DNA of 64,000 bases from Ruminococcus sp. (GTDB taxonomy: Bacteria > Bacillota > Clostridia > Oscillospirales > Acutalibacteraceae). Positions 55,147 through 64,000 of this stretch are shown in pieces. The notes under the pieces are model-generated. The model was given only the letters and a program-made list of their open reading frames with translations. It had not been told where the DNA came from and did not search any database. A program made the position numbers and the translations under genes. The stretch lies in the NCBI GenBank assembly GCA_045124035.1, contig JBGVLC010000032.1:30427-94426 (forward strand), in the 5' to 3' direction. Each line of letters opens with the position of its first letter. The stretch's first letter is position 1.

Positions 55147-55770
55147 TTATACGCGATCCTTTATAAGAAGCGCTTTTCCGTTTTGTACAAATACCTCTGC
55201 AATTTTTCCGCTAATAACTTCGTTGCTTACAGCATACTGATATTCGCAGGTGATTTCTGCGTTATCAAGTGGATACTTAGCATTTCTGATAGTTACGCCT
55301 TTGGCTGTGCCTGTGATATTAAGAAGTGAGAAGAAAGCATACGAATCATCAATGAAAGCAGGCTCCTTTGATACTATTTCCATTTCTGAATAATCATCAA
55401 TGATTTTGCCTTTCTTGCCGAGCGACTCAAGGTGAAGAAGTATAGACACATTTCCTAGTGTGTGGTCAAGCCTTCCTCCAATTACACCAATCAAAAGAAA
55501 TTCATCAAAACCTCTTTTGATAGCTTCTTTAACGGCATAGACTGTGTCAGTATCATCTTTTTCACATGGAAGCACTATCGTTTCAACATCAAGATTAGGG
55601 TTCTCATGTGAATCGAAATCACCGACAATCAAGTTCGGAGAAACACCTAACCCTTTCAAGTGCTTTAGCCCGCTGTCGCAGAACACAACAAAATCATCGT
55701 TGTGCAAACAGTTTTTGATATATTCATAATTGTTTATGTCAGCACCGCCGACAATTACACATCGTTTCAT
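55147..55770 (-). CDS. thiN: Thiamine pyrophosphokinase
   Basis: CDSG, VGDFDS, EKDDTDT, GGRLDHTLGN, VSNE. Confidence 0.92.
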   Translation of the reverse strand: MKRCVIVGGADINNYEYIKNCLHNDDFVVFCDSGLKHLKGLGVSPNLIVGDFDSHENPNLDVETIVLPCEKDDTDTVYAVKEAIKRGFDEFLLIGVIGGRLDHTLGNVSILLHLESLGKKGKIIDDYSEMEIVSKEPAFIDDSYAFFSLLNITGTAKGVTIRNAKYPLDNAEITCEYQYAVSNEVISGKIAEVFVQNGKALLIKDRV

Positions 55771-56579
55771 CTTGCCACCTCTGAATATTTACCTGATAAA
55801 TCAAAATTGTGCATCATAGGCCCGGAACCTTGTCCTAAATCAAGCTGAGCTGAAAGTGCATCGGAAATATAGTCCTTGGCTCTCTTTACGGACATAGCAA
55901 GGTCAAAGCCCTTTGCAAGGTTGGAGGCAATGGCACTCGACAGCGTACAGCCTGTGCCGTGGGTGTTGGGATTGTTGATACGCTTGCCTTCAAACCATAC
56001 CATTTCACCGTTTGCATACAAAAGGTCGTTAGCATCGTTGATACTGTGACCGCCTTTGAGCAGGACGGCACAGCCGTATGTATCACCGATTAATTTTGCC
56101 GCAGAAAGCATATCTTCTTTGCTTTCAATAGCCTTTCCCGAAAGCACCTGTGCTTCGGGGATATTCGGCGTAACGAGGGTTGCAATGGGCAGAAGTTTCT
56201 CTACTAAGGTTTGTACCGCATCGGTCTTCATCAAAGAAGAGCCGCTGGTTGCTACCATAACAGGGTCTACGACTATGTTTTTTGCTTTATAATATCTTAT
56301 TCTGTCTGCAATTATCGATATCAACTCGCAGGAGGATACCATACCGATTTTTACGGCATCGGGATAAATATCCTCGAATACCGCATTTAATTGTTTGCTC
56401 AGGAAGTCGGGTGTTGACTCCTGAATCGCTCTTACGCCGATTGTGTTCTGTGCCGTTAGTGCCGTAATCGCACTCATAGCATAAATACCATTCATCGTCA
56501 TTGTTTTCAAATCCGCCTCTATACCGGCGCCTCCACTGCAGTCTGAGCCTGCAATGGTCAATGCTGTTTTCATTTTCAT
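55767..56579 (-). CDS. thiD: HMP/HMP-P kinase
   Basis: LTIAGSDCSGGAGIEADLKT, VDPVMVATSG, LKGGH, HGTGCTLSSA. Confidence 0.95.
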   Translation of the reverse strand: MKMKTALTIAGSDCSGGAGIEADLKTMTMNGIYAMSAITALTAQNTIGVRAIQESTPDFLSKQLNAVFEDIYPDAVKIGMVSSCELISIIADRIRYYKAKNIVVDPVMVATSGSSLMKTDAVQTLVEKLLPIATLVTPNIPEAQVLSGKAIESKEDMLSAAKLIGDTYGCAVLLKGGHSINDANDLLYANGEMVWFEGKRINNPNTHGTGCTLSSAIASNLAKGFDLAMSVKRAKDYISDALSAQLDLGQGSGPMMHNFDLSGKYSEVAR

Positions 56580-56660
56580 AAAAAATCTCCTTTCAATATC
56601 AGCATCGTTTTATATAGCGGCATAATGTGGTGCCCCCAATCTGCCGCTTGAAGCCTACGG

Positions 56661-57320
56661 TTATAAACCGTAAGCAAACTTCCAAAAATGTTCTGTCTGT
56701 GTAAAGTTCTCAATAAAGCAATCCGAAATGGAGAGTAGTTCCGCTTGCTTCGTCTCGTGAGAATCAAATACCGCAACGGTTATAAACCCATCAGCTTTTG
56801 CTGTTTTGGCTGCGTAATAAGCATCCTCAAAGACAACCGTATCTGCCTTTGTTGTTCCAAGATACTCCATCGCCTTTTGGAAAATTATAGGCTCATCTTT
56901 TCCAAACCCTACTTCAGTACAAGTAAAGATTTCTGAAAAATACTTATCCATATCACAACGCTTTAGAGCTGCCTCAACCTGATAGCGGTCAGTAGCAGTA
57001 GCAATGCACATTTTCACGTTCATACTTTTCAAAAGCTCAAGAAACTCAATTACACCTTCCTTTGGCTGTACCGTATGAAAATAAAAATTTTCTACTGTCT
57101 TATTGATACCGTCCATAATTTCCTGAGTATCAAGTTTCAAGTTGTACTTTTCAGCGATGTAAATGGCTGATTGTGTTAAACTCATTGACTTTAGTGAGTT
57201 TTGCAAGTTTTCTTTTGGTTGTATTCCTAAAGAAGAAAGATAGGCTTCTCCCGCTGTTTCCCAAACAAACATAGAATCAAAAAGAGTTCCGTCAAAGTCA
57301 AATATTGCACCTTTTAACAT
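56661..57320 (-). CDS. HAD family phosphatase within the thi operon
   Basis: IFDFDGTL, IATAT, KDEP, VFEDA. Confidence 0.85.
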   Translation of the reverse strand: MLKGAIFDFDGTLFDSMFVWETAGEAYLSSLGIQPKENLQNSLKSMSLTQSAIYIAEKYNLKLDTQEIMDGINKTVENFYFHTVQPKEGVIEFLELLKSMNVKMCIATATDRYQVEAALKRCDMDKYFSEIFTCTEVGFGKDEPIIFQKAMEYLGTTKADTVVFEDAYYAAKTAKADGFITVAVFDSHETKQAELLSISDCFIENFTQTEHFWKFAYGL

Positions 57321-57949
57321 AAATTCAGTTCCTTTACTCTCGCTTTGAGTTCTTCTGTTGCCTTTTTCGGGTCATCGGCTTTCATTATCGCTGAAACAAC
57401 ACAGATTCCTGAAATAGAGATCCCGTCAAGAACATCAATGTTATCTTTATTTAGTCCACCGATTGCATTGACGGAAATCGGTACAGCGTTACAAATATCA
57501 TTTAAAGTATCGGTAGACGTAAGCACGGTTTTCACCTTTGTTGTAGTTGGATAAATCGCACCAACACCGAGATAGTCAGCACCCTGTTCAAATGCTTCCT
57601 TTGCCTGTTCAACTGTTTTGGTTGTTGCGCCTACGATTTTGTTTTCTCCCATCAGTTTGCTTGCTATGGCAACGGGCATATCACTTTGTCCAACGTGAAC
57701 ACCCTCAGCATCTATAGCAAGTGCTACATCAACTCTGTCGTCAATAATTAGAGGAACATTGTACTTCTGCGTGATATTATGTACTTTCTGAGCAAGCTCA
57801 ATGTATTCGCGGGTTGTTTTATCTTTTTCACGAAGTTGCATAAGTGTAACACCACCCTGCAATGCCTTTTCAACACGACTAAGAAATTCCTGCTCAGTAT
57901 AGTTAGAACTGTCGGTTATAAAATATAAACTTGTATCAAACTTTTTCAT
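57314..57949 (-). CDS. thiE: Thiamine-phosphate synthase
   Basis: LYFITD, QLREK, IIDDRVD, GVHVGQSD, YPTTTK, AIGG; start moved to ATG at 57949. Confidence 0.95.
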   Translation of the reverse strand: MKKFDTSLYFITDSSNYTEQEFLSRVEKALQGGVTLMQLREKDKTTREYIELAQKVHNITQKYNVPLIIDDRVDVALAIDAEGVHVGQSDMPVAIASKLMGENKIVGATTKTVEQAKEAFEQGADYLGVGAIYPTTTKVKTVLTSTDTLNDICNAVPISVNAIGGLNKDNIDVLDGISISGICVVSAIMKADDPKKATEELKARVKELNLC

Positions 57950-57959
57950 TTTCTTTACC

Positions 57960-59213
57960 TCACACATACAGATAATCATTCAGGACAGGCTGTAAACCTT
58001 CATCCGCCATATCTTCGTACATCTTATTTAGGCTACGATTATCGTCAATCTCAAACTGTTCATCGCCCTGTACTTCATCAGTTTCAGCTCCGTTATATTT
58101 AGAATCGTGGTCGCCTATTCCTGTGGAAACTCCGGCAGAAACTTTTGTTGCGGCGATTTTCACAATGCCGTTTCTAAATTTTGCACTTTCCCTTGATGAC
58201 ACTGTAATTCCAACATAAGGCAGGAAAATACGGTAGGCACAAATCACCTGACAAAGCTCACTTTCACCTACATCTAACGGGTTGATTTTATCGTTATTGA
58301 TAATGGGTCTGAGTCTTGGGCAAGACAGCGACATCTCTGCGTGAGGATATTTTCTTTGTAAAAAATATACATGTAAAGCACTTGCAAGTGCATCTTTTCT
58401 AAAATCAGATAAACCTAAAAGAGCCGAAAAAGCAACTCCACGCATACCGCCTTTGAGTGCACGCTCTTGTGCATCAAAGCGATATGGCCACACACGTTTA
58501 TGTCCGAAAAGATGAAGAGTTTCGTATTTATCGGAATCATAGGTTTCTTGAAACACAGTGATGTAATCAGCTCCGCATTCGTGCAAGTATTTATATTCAT
58601 CAGTATTAACAGGGTAAATCTCAAGACCGACCATACGGAAATATTTGCGTGCTAATTTACAAGCCTCGCCGATATATTCCACATTACTCTGACCTCTGCT
58701 CTCACCTGTCAGAATAAGAATTTCTTCCATACCACTATCAGCAATAACTTTCATCTCTTTTTCAATCTGCTCCATACTAAGCTTCATTCTCTTTATATGG
58801 TTATAGCAGTTAAATCCACAATATACACAATAATTCTCACAGTAGTTTGCTATGTAAAGAGGAGTAAAAAGATACACAGTATTACCGAAATGTTTACTTG
58901 TTTCAAGTCTTGCACGTTGTGCCATTTGCTCCAGAAACGGCTTAGCCGCCGGAGATAAAAGTGCCTTAAAATCTTCGATAGTACACACATCGTGCTGGAG
59001 TGCCGCCTTTACATCAGTAGCAGTATATTTGCTGTAATCGTAAGACTTCATCTGCTCTACAACCTTTGAACAAACATCGGATTCAATAATCTCCATACCA
59101 TCCATATACTCCATATGATTAGTACGAAAAGAGGGCTCATTTTCAAGTCTGTGTTTTTTCAAGAGAGCCTTAGAAGATAAATGCTTAGAATCTACAAAAA
59201 ATTGGTTCTCCAT
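57960..59213 (-). CDS. thiH: 2-iminoacetate synthase (radical SAM)
   Basis: LFTPLYIANYCENYCVYCGF, FQETY, SLSCPRLRP, SAGVSTGIG..QFEIDDNRS. Confidence 0.95.
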   Translation of the reverse strand: MENQFFVDSKHLSSKALLKKHRLENEPSFRTNHMEYMDGMEIIESDVCSKVVEQMKSYDYSKYTATDVKAALQHDVCTIEDFKALLSPAAKPFLEQMAQRARLETSKHFGNTVYLFTPLYIANYCENYCVYCGFNCYNHIKRMKLSMEQIEKEMKVIADSGMEEILILTGESRGQSNVEYIGEACKLARKYFRMVGLEIYPVNTDEYKYLHECGADYITVFQETYDSDKYETLHLFGHKRVWPYRFDAQERALKGGMRGVAFSALLGLSDFRKDALASALHVYFLQRKYPHAEMSLSCPRLRPIINNDKINPLDVGESELCQVICAYRIFLPYVGITVSSRESAKFRNGIVKIAATKVSAGVSTGIGDHDSKYNGAETDEVQGDEQFEIDDNRSLNKMYEDMADEGLQPVLNDYLYV

Positions 59214-59222
59214 ATTTTCACC

Positions 59223-59993
59223 TTAATTTCTCAAAAATCCTGTTAATGGGTCTGAAGCAGATGCACCACGAGTAAGCACTCTGCCAAGACCGGAAAGATA
59301 TGCTTTTCGTCCTGCTTCAATAGCATTCTTGAAAGCAGAAGCCATCATCGGAAGATCTCCTGCTGTTGCAAGAGCTGTATTAGCCATAATAGCAGAAGCA
59401 CCCATCTCCATAGCTTCACAAGCCTGTGAAGGTCTGCCGATACCCGCATCTACAATAATTGGCACATCAATTTCATCAATAAGAATCTGAATGAACTCTT
59501 TTGTCGCAAGACCCTTGTTAGAACCGATAGGCGAAGCCAAAGGCATCACAGAAGCTGCACCTGCATTCACTAAATCTCTTGCGACGTTCAAATCGGGATA
59601 CATATACGGCATAACCACAAAGCCCTCTTTAGCAAGGATTTCGGTTGCTTTTATAGTTTCCTGATTATCAGGCAAAAGATATTTTGAATCACGCATGATC
59701 TCAATTTTTACAAAATCACCACAGCCAAGCTCACGTGCTAAACGAGCAATTCGCACAGCTTCTTCCGCATTTCTTGCGCCCGATGTATTAGGAAGCAAAG
59801 TAATTCCCTGTGGAATATAATCGAGTATATTTTCCTGTTCTTTTGTGTTAGCTCTGCGAACTGCAAGAGTGATTATCTCGGCACCTGCATCCTTTACTGC
59901 CGCTTCAATCAGCTTCATAGAATACTTACCGGAACCGAGAATAAAACGGGAATTAAACTCGTGTCCGCCAATAATCAATTTGTCATTATTCAT
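59223..59993 (-). CDS. thiG: Thiazole synthase
   Basis: [43 protein letters not shown]. Confidence 0.97.
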   Translation of the reverse strand: MNNDKLIIGGHEFNSRFILGSGKYSMKLIEAAVKDAGAEIITLAVRRANTKEQENILDYIPQGITLLPNTSGARNAEEAVRIARLARELGCGDFVKIEIMRDSKYLLPDNQETIKATEILAKEGFVVMPYMYPDLNVARDLVNAGAASVMPLASPIGSNKGLATKEFIQILIDEIDVPIIVDAGIGRPSQACEAMEMGASAIMANTALATAGDLPMMASAFKNAIEAGRKAYLSGLGRVLTRGASASDPLTGFLRN

Positions 59994-60011
59994 TTTTATA
60001 TCCTTCTTTCA

Positions 60012-60647
60012 TTAAGTTTCAAATTCACCTACTAAAATACGCAGGACAGTATGTGCCTGATGTGCGGCACAAAGCATAACTCGGGATGAAACAAGACTGC
60101 CTTCTGATTGCACGTCACTTTCTTCATCTCCGCACAGATAAAACCTGCTCATAACCTTTCGCGTCTTAATGGTGTTTGCACTGCCCATTCCTGCCATACC
60201 TGATGCCGCTACAAGAAACTTGTCCGACATTTTTTCAAGAACAAGATTTGTAAGCATAGCCTTGCATTCTGCATCATCAAAGGCTTCGCAGATAATATCT
60301 GCATTTCCAAGAAGCTGTTCTGCGTTATTTTCAGTAATACGAACACAATGGGTTTCAACTGTAGTGAATGGAGCAATTTCACGCAGATTGTGAGCTAAAG
60401 CATCTGTTTTATTCATTCCTATTTGATTAGCTTTATATTGCTGTCGGTGAAGATTCGTGATATCTACTTTGTCAAAGTCAATCAGAATCAGCTTACCAAC
60501 ACCTGCACGAGCAAGAGCAACAGCTATATTTGAACCAAGTCCTCCAAGACCGCAAATCGCAACTGTTGCAGATGTAAATTTTCTTTGTATATCTTCACTG
60601 TGCCTTTCGCACAAAGCCTTGTACCATTCTTCTTTTGTAGGAATCAG
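60012..60647 (-). CDS. thiF: Sulfur-carrier protein ThiS adenylyltransferase
   Basis: CGLGGLGSN, DFDKVDITNLHRQ, ICEAFD; probable CTG start 7 nt after a GGAGGT SD. Confidence 0.9.
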   Translation of the reverse strand: MIPTKEEWYKALCERHSEDIQRKFTSATVAICGLGGLGSNIAVALARAGVGKLILIDFDKVDITNLHRQQYKANQIGMNKTDALAHNLREIAPFTTVETHCVRITENNAEQLLGNADIICEAFDDAECKAMLTNLVLEKMSDKFLVAASGMAGMGSANTIKTRKVMSRFYLCGDEESDVQSEGSLVSSRVMLCAAHQAHTVLRILVGEFET

Positions 60648-60648
60648 C

Positions 60649-60843
60649 TTAACCACCTCCCACAAAGCTGACAACCTCAACATTGTCACCATCACACAGC
60701 AGAGTATCTGCGTACTGTGATTTTGGAACTATATCGCCATTGCGTTCAACTGCGATCCTTTTTGGGTCGTAATTTGTGGTTGCAAGGTATTCTGCTACTG
60801 TCTTACCTGCAATATCCAGTTCCACGCCGTTGATTTTAACCAT
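60649..60843 (-). CDS. thiS: Sulfur carrier protein
   Basis: 64 aa ending VVSFVGGG. Confidence 0.95.
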   Translation of the reverse strand: MVKINGVELDIAGKTVAEYLATTNYDPKRIAVERNGDIVPKSQYADTLLCDGDNVEVVSFVGGG

Positions 60844-60862
60844 AAAAACACCTCCAAAACAA

Positions 60863-61015
60863 CAAAAAAGGAAGCTACCGATTTGGTAACTTCCTTAATA
60901 TACTTCGTTATTCCTAATATCCTTGTATCAGGCATCCCTACGTTGGCATTATCCAAATCAGGTTCTCGGTCGAAGGTCACACCTTCCTCTCAGCCTGTAA
61001 CACAAGCTCCCGTTT
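60863..61015 (-). promoter_or_regulatory. TPP riboswitch with terminator (upstream of thiS)
   Basis: CGGGAGC..GGCTGAGAGG..GACC..AACCTGATTTGGATAATGCCAACGTAGGG; terminator AGGAAGTTACC/GGTAGCTTCCT-T6. Confidence 0.95.
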
Positions 61016-61046
61016 ATTTAATTGTCAAAAAAACTATACTCTAATA

Positions 61047-61649
61047 TCAATTATAAGGACGAACTCTAAATATAGCTCCCACTGATTCGCAGATTTCTCG
61101 ACACTTTTCCTGTTCTTCCTTAGTTGTTACAACGTCCACAACTGTCATCATAACAGAGGGAACATATTCAGTACAATCCTTTGTAAACTGAAGCATAGCA
61201 TCAAAGGACTCTATTCCAAATTTAGGGCGAACCACCTCAAGGTAATCTTCCTTATTGGTAGCATTGAGACTTATAGAAACTGCGTCAATAAGTCCCTTGA
61301 GTTTAGGTGCTGTAGATTTCTCCCATATCAAATCAGCAAGACCATTTGTATTGATTCGGATTCTAATATCACTTTTTGATTTGATATATTTTGCTACTTC
61401 AAGCAAATCATAAAGACGCTCTGTAGGTTCACCAAAACCGCAGAATACAACCTCTTCATAATTTGCTAAATCCCACGTATCTAAGCTATCACAAATTTCT
61501 TGTACAGTTGGTTCTCTTTCAAGCCACAGCGAATCCGACTCAAAAACGTGGTCTTTTTTATTGCGTACGCAGAATGTACATGCACAGGGACAACGATTGG
61601 TTATATTAACGTATAGTCCCGTTGTGACAGGGTATGTAATTGTCATCAT
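61047..61649 (-). CDS. Radical SAM protein (TIGR04100-like, partner of a small membrane protein)
   Basis: LYVNITNRCPCACTFCVR (CxxxCxxC), VVFCGFGEPT, RINTNGL, ISLN. Confidence 0.85.
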   Translation of the reverse strand: MMTITYPVTTGLYVNITNRCPCACTFCVRNKKDHVFESDSLWLEREPTVQEICDSLDTWDLANYEEVVFCGFGEPTERLYDLLEVAKYIKSKSDIRIRINTNGLADLIWEKSTAPKLKGLIDAVSISLNATNKEDYLEVVRPKFGIESFDAMLQFTKDCTEYVPSVMMTVVDVVTTKEEQEKCREICESVGAIFRVRPYN

Positions 61650-62158
61650 CGCAGATTCCCTCCATATATTTTTGATTTAAGTTTCATTTTATCGGCGGTA
61701 AGTCCAAAAGCAATAAAAACAATAGCACTTGCTACCGACTGTGTAACAGATGCAGGAATTCCAGCCAGTGGAGAAACAAAATTGCCATATATCAAGGACT
61801 CATATAAATAGTATCCGCCTGCACACACCATCGTAGCCGGCAAAACAGCCAATGAATTTCTCAAGTTTATAACCTTGTCTTTCTTGCTTGAAAAGAGCAA
61901 AACAGTAAGTGCTTTGATTATAACAGAACCCGGTGCCCAAACAGCAAATCCGGTAAGACAGTCTGCAAGAAACGCTCCACCTGCACCTACCACCATAGCA
62001 TAGTGCCAAGGCAATAAGCAAGCAGCAAGATATATTAAACCGTCACCTACGTGGATATATCCATTATTTGTTGGAATATGCAGATATGCGGTGACAACGA
62101 AAACCAAGGCAGTAAAAAAGCCGGTTATACACATAAGTTGTACTTTTTTATTTTTCAT
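61646..62158 (-). CDS. ECF-type S component (TIGR04002-like)
   Basis: 170 aa, hydrophobic; GYIHVGDGLIYLAACLLP, GAFLAD, WAPGSVIIK. Confidence 0.8.
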   Translation of the reverse strand: MKNKKVQLMCITGFFTALVFVVTAYLHIPTNNGYIHVGDGLIYLAACLLPWHYAMVVGAGGAFLADCLTGFAVWAPGSVIIKALTVLLFSSKKDKVINLRNSLAVLPATMVCAGGYYLYESLIYGNFVSPLAGIPASVTQSVASAIVFIAFGLTADKMKLKSKIYGGNLR

Positions 62159-62243
62159 AATATATTTTTCACCTCAAACTTTTCTAAGGTTCGTTATAAC
62201 TAACAATCTATAGATGTGAAGCAGTTGGTTTGATTTGCGTAAA

Positions 62244-62392
62244 ATAAAAAGGAAACTACCTATTTGGTAATTTCCTTAAAAATCAGTTTCCATGATACGT
62301 TGTATCATGCATCCCTACGTTGGCATTATCCAAATCAGGTCCTAGGTCGAAGGTCACACCTTCCTCTCAGCCTGTAACACAAGCTCCCGTTT
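62244..62392 (-). promoter_or_regulatory. TPP riboswitch with terminator (upstream of the S component)
   Basis: Aptamer nearly identical to the 60933-61015 copy; terminator AGGAAATTACC/GGTAGTTTCCT-T5; promoter TTGAAA-N17-TATAAT at 62409-62437. Confidence 0.95.
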
Positions 62393-62608
62393 CTTAAATT
62401 TTGGTTACATTATACACCGCAAAACTGCATATTTCAAGAGGTTTTTAAAGTTATAGAGTTACTTTATCAAAGTACTCACTTGTATGTGTCTGTTTAGGCG
62501 CACCATCGTCGTCACGGACTCAAAAGATCGTACAACTATTTTTATGATGAAATGGTCGCATAACCTTAATATAACTCCTCTGACCTTTGTTACATTTTTT
62601 ACTAGCTA

Positions 62609-63190
62609 TTATATTTCTGTGCATCTTACTACAATTCTTGTTCTCCCACTATATGTGCAGGTATATAAGATAAGATCATCACCCGTATCTTTCACAAGCT
62701 CAGTATCAGTAGGATGTAGGATTTCAACAGACGTTACGGTATACATGTTTTTTGTTCCTTCCATATCAGTAAACATCACCATTGAATCCAAACTAAGTTC
62801 TCCAATATAACCAAAGTGGCTTTTATAATTATGTGCACATATTACAAGGTTATCTGTTTTAATCGAACCATAATAACGGCAAGGAGCAACTCTGAGTCTA
62901 GAATAATCACATTCTGACATAACAGGAAGTGTTACATTCAACTCAGGGATATCAAGATATCCGATATAATCATTGCCCTCTATATCTACAACTTTCATTT
63001 CTGTGTCAAATGGGTCAATCTCGTCATTAGTCTGATTATTGTCCACTGTATCAATAATAGCATCCATCACTCGATTTGACTGTTCTTGTGCTTTTTTATT
63101 TTCGAAATTGTTGTACAAAAAGAGAGCTACTGCGAAAAGAATCAGTATTAATCCCAACGTTACAAGAGTTATTCCGATTTTTCTTTTCAA
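62609..63190 (-). CDS. Sortase (class D-like)
   Basis: N-terminal TM helix; catalytic His (CAHN), LILYTC, RIVVRC. Confidence 0.88.
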   Translation of the reverse strand: MKRKIGITLVTLGLILILFAVALFLYNNFENKKAQEQSNRVMDAIIDTVDNNQTNDEIDPFDTEMKVVDIEGNDYIGYLDIPELNVTLPVMSECDYSRLRVAPCRYYGSIKTDNLVICAHNYKSHFGYIGELSLDSMVMFTDMEGTKNMYTVTSVEILHPTDTELVKDTGDDLILYTCTYSGRTRIVVRCTEI

Positions 63191-63213
63191 GAATTTATCC
63201 CCTATCTTCTAGC

Positions 63214-64000
63214 CTATTCATTTTCTTTTTTACCGAAGTTCAGCATAGCCCAACCGATGCTGAAAAAGATAAGACCTAAAATGACACAAACCGGTACAGG
63301 CCAATTAAGTTGTCCTGTCTGAACAAGTTTATCGTTACTGTCTTCAGGTTGGGTCGGTATAGTTTCTTCGGTTTCATCCGACTTGTTTGTAATGTTAACT
63401 GTGTTTGATGATGTTTCATAATACACAGTATAATCTTCAGGGACTTCTGTTTCGACTACGCTCCAAATATATTTTTTCGGTAGATTATCCCATCTGTAAT
63501 ACCAATTATTAGCTGAGTTTAACTCTATTTTTTCATACTCCTGATAATCACGCAGTAAGACAACTGTAATGCTTTGTGGAATAGTTTTATCAGTATTCCA
63601 TTTTTTCATAACACTTATATAAGTGTTATCGCCATCTGTCAATCTAGCTCGAATTTTAGGTGATGCCTCAACGTTGTTTTCATATGTTTCATTATGAATA
63701 TCATATGTAGGGACGCTGATAAGAAAAGGTGTTGTAACATAATCAGACAATTCGCTTTGTACAGGAACGATAAGATATAGTCCGTGTTCAAGGTTATCAA
63801 AAACCAGTGTACCATTTTCGTTTGTGCTTTTCTCTGTGTAAGGTTGAGAACAGGAATATGAAAAATATGCAAGGTGTATAGGATTATAAGAATCCTGTAA
63901 ATCTGACAAGTCAACTCCTGCCTTATCGTAAGGTGAAATCATATCATATCTTATACCCTTTGAGTCTTTGCGTGCTTTTGCAACATGATATAATTTAAAA
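63214..64000 (-). CDS. Cna-B domain sortase substrate (partial; the frame is open to the window end)
   Basis: ISVMKKWN..PQSITVVL..LNSANNWYYRWDNL..WSVVE..VPEDY; sorting signal LVQTG + QLNWPVPV + TM helix + basic tail. Confidence 0.82.
   Translation of the reverse strand, partial: FKLYHVAKARKDSKGIRYDMISPYDKAGVDLSDLQDSYNPIHLAYFSYSCSQPYTEKSTNENGTLVFDNLEHGLYLIVPVQSELSDYVTTPFLISVPTYDIHNETYENNVEASPKIRARLTDGDNTYISVMKKWNTDKTIPQSITVVLLRDYQEYEKIELNSANNWYYRWDNLPKKYIWSVVETEVPEDYTVYYETSSNTVNITNKSDETEETIPTQPEDSNDKLVQTGQLNWPVPVCVILGLIFFSIGWAMLNFGKKENE

Larger units (their letters stand above)
40603..64000. mobile_element. Probable decayed ICE/IME-derived accessory island next to tRNA-Leu (boundaries uncertain)
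   Basis: Recombinase C-terminal remnant, TnpV module, gene fragments and cargo-type operons; no intact integrase or relaxase in the window. Confidence 0.45.

Noticed and set aside
80-63914. Numerous 60-175 aa ORFs antisense to or nested in long genes
   Set aside because: They are shadow frames of well-supported CDSs, with no motifs or RBS.

Overview
Chromosomal window from a low-GC, spore-forming Firmicute, most like an amylolytic Ruminococcus-type member of the Oscillospirales (evidence: sigG, tepA, a T-box and a dockerin-bearing amylase). Bases 1-40.1 kb are mostly core genes: comEC-holA, alaS with a T-box, mltG, tmk-thyX, sigG, rmuC, potABCD, a multimodular GH13 amylase with a dockerin, and a TagGH/LicD/TarIJ ribitol-phosphate wall-polymer locus. 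At 40.1-40.6 kb a tRNA-Leu(CAG) gene is preceded by two partial copies of its own 5' half, embedded in strongly structured sequence. From about 40.6 kb to the end is an accessory region with ICE/IME debris (serine recombinase C-terminus, TnpV module) that carries vitamin-acquisition cargo. The best candidate for an undescribed system is a cobalamin-riboswitch operon. It couples an ECF importer and a DUF4430 lipoprotein to a membrane-anchored cohesin and a secreted 930-aa protein with a predicted alpha/alpha barrel, a cohesin and a dockerin, suggesting a cellulosome-style B12-capture scaffold. The second candidate is a TPP-riboswitch-controlled S-component plus radical SAM pair upstream of a thiamine operon that has no thiC in this window. 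Also present are a CitAB-like two-component system facing a SemiSWEET/PQ-loop-like gene, and a sortase with a Cna-B substrate. Family assignments come from motif recognition by eye; no database searches were run.
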